DNA of 64,000 nucleotides from a virus (Duplodnaviria; Heunggongvirae; Uroviricota; Caudoviricetes): IMG/VR virus record IMGVR_UViG_3300046542_000616; one strand, 5' to 3'. Shown piece by piece: positions 63,500 to 64,000 of this stretch (position 1 is its first letter; each line of letters starts with the position of its first letter). The notes under the pieces were generated by a model. It saw only the letters and a program-made list of their open reading frames with translations, ran no database searches and was not told where the DNA came from. The position numbers and the translations under genes were made by a program.

Positions 63500-64000
63500 A
63501 TGACACGCAAGGAATTCATTAATGGTATTCGGGGTAGCGATGTTTACCGCTTCGAAGACATTCCCAAAGAATACCTGGATAAGGAGGTGCTCATGGAGTG
63601 GCTCCTTAGCGAGGGTGGGGCGCTGTCGGAGGTTCCGAAGCACCTGGTGGATGATGAGATCCGCAAGCAGGCGGTGGGGGCTACCCATGAAGCGATGGAT
63701 GTACACCATTACCCACTAAAATCGATCTCGTTGGATGAGACTCCATGCTATGAAGAGTTGGCGTTGCTGGCGCTTGGGCAATGCGAGTGGAACATGCAGC
63801 ACGTTGACCCTGCGTTGCACAACGAAGCGTTTTTCCTGAAAGCCCTGGAAGTCAATCCGCAGTCCATGATGCATTTCTTCTCTGGCTGGGGCTCAGTGCC
63901 TAAAATTGAGTGGACTGAAGCCATGATCGATTTGGCTGTCAGCAAATCCCTGGATTACCTAAAGCATTTCGATCCAAGCCAGGTCAAAGTGGAGTCCCTC
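63500..64000 (+). CDS. family D protein D5, truncated by the window end (absent from the ORF track)
   Basis: Read by hand: MTRKEFINGIRGSDVYRFEDIPKEYLDKEV...CYEELALLALGQC...FFLKALEVN...IEWTEAMIDLAVSK, open to 64000. Confidence 0.8.
   Translation, partial: MTRKEFINGIRGSDVYRFEDIPKEYLDKEVLMEWLLSEGGALSEVPKHLVDDEIRKQAVGATHEAMDVHHYPLKSISLDETPCYEELALLALGQCEWNMQHVDPALHNEAFFLKALEVNPQSMMHFFSGWGSVPKIEWTEAMIDLAVSKSLDYLKHFDPSQVKVESL

Noticed and set aside
1-64000. Prophage, transposon, tRNA/rRNA or T4SS genes
   Set aside because: No capsid, terminase, tail, integrase, transposase, structural RNA or Tra/Dot-Icm gene was recognisable, so the secretion hypothesis depends on sequence outside this window.

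Overview
The window looks like part of a large, probably Pseudomonas-type, plasmid or megaplasmid (host and replicon type are inferred from gene content). It carries two replication modules: a TrfA-family initiator (5942-7057) with iterons, DnaA-like boxes and an AT-rich tract, and a Rep_3-family initiator (51526-52437) with 22-bp iteron arrays. It also has a hipBA toxin-antitoxin locus with four operators, apparently orphan antitoxin or regulator genes (AbrB, HTH_37, Panacea, PapB-like) and RNA/nucleotide enzymes (RNase II, an RlmN-like radical SAM protein, a Pnkp-like phosphatase, a NADAR-like protein, two HAD proteins). The dominant unexplained signal is 24 complete hypothetical proteins, in four paralogue families and two tandem arrays (11.6-30.3 kb and 56.7-64 kb). 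All of them end in the same free C-terminal motif, [KR]-x3-[LM]-E-x2-[LM]-G-[LMI]-stop (typically LEDALGL*). The motif is conserved at protein level, not DNA level, which suggests a shared targeting or docking signal; type IV secretion is the lead hypothesis, but no T4SS genes are visible here. A second unexplained element is a non-coding array of hairpins with different stems and a conserved loop (37458-37676). I recognised no CRISPR array, tRNA, rRNA, integrase or transposase. All family assignments come from motif recognition by eye, not from database searches.
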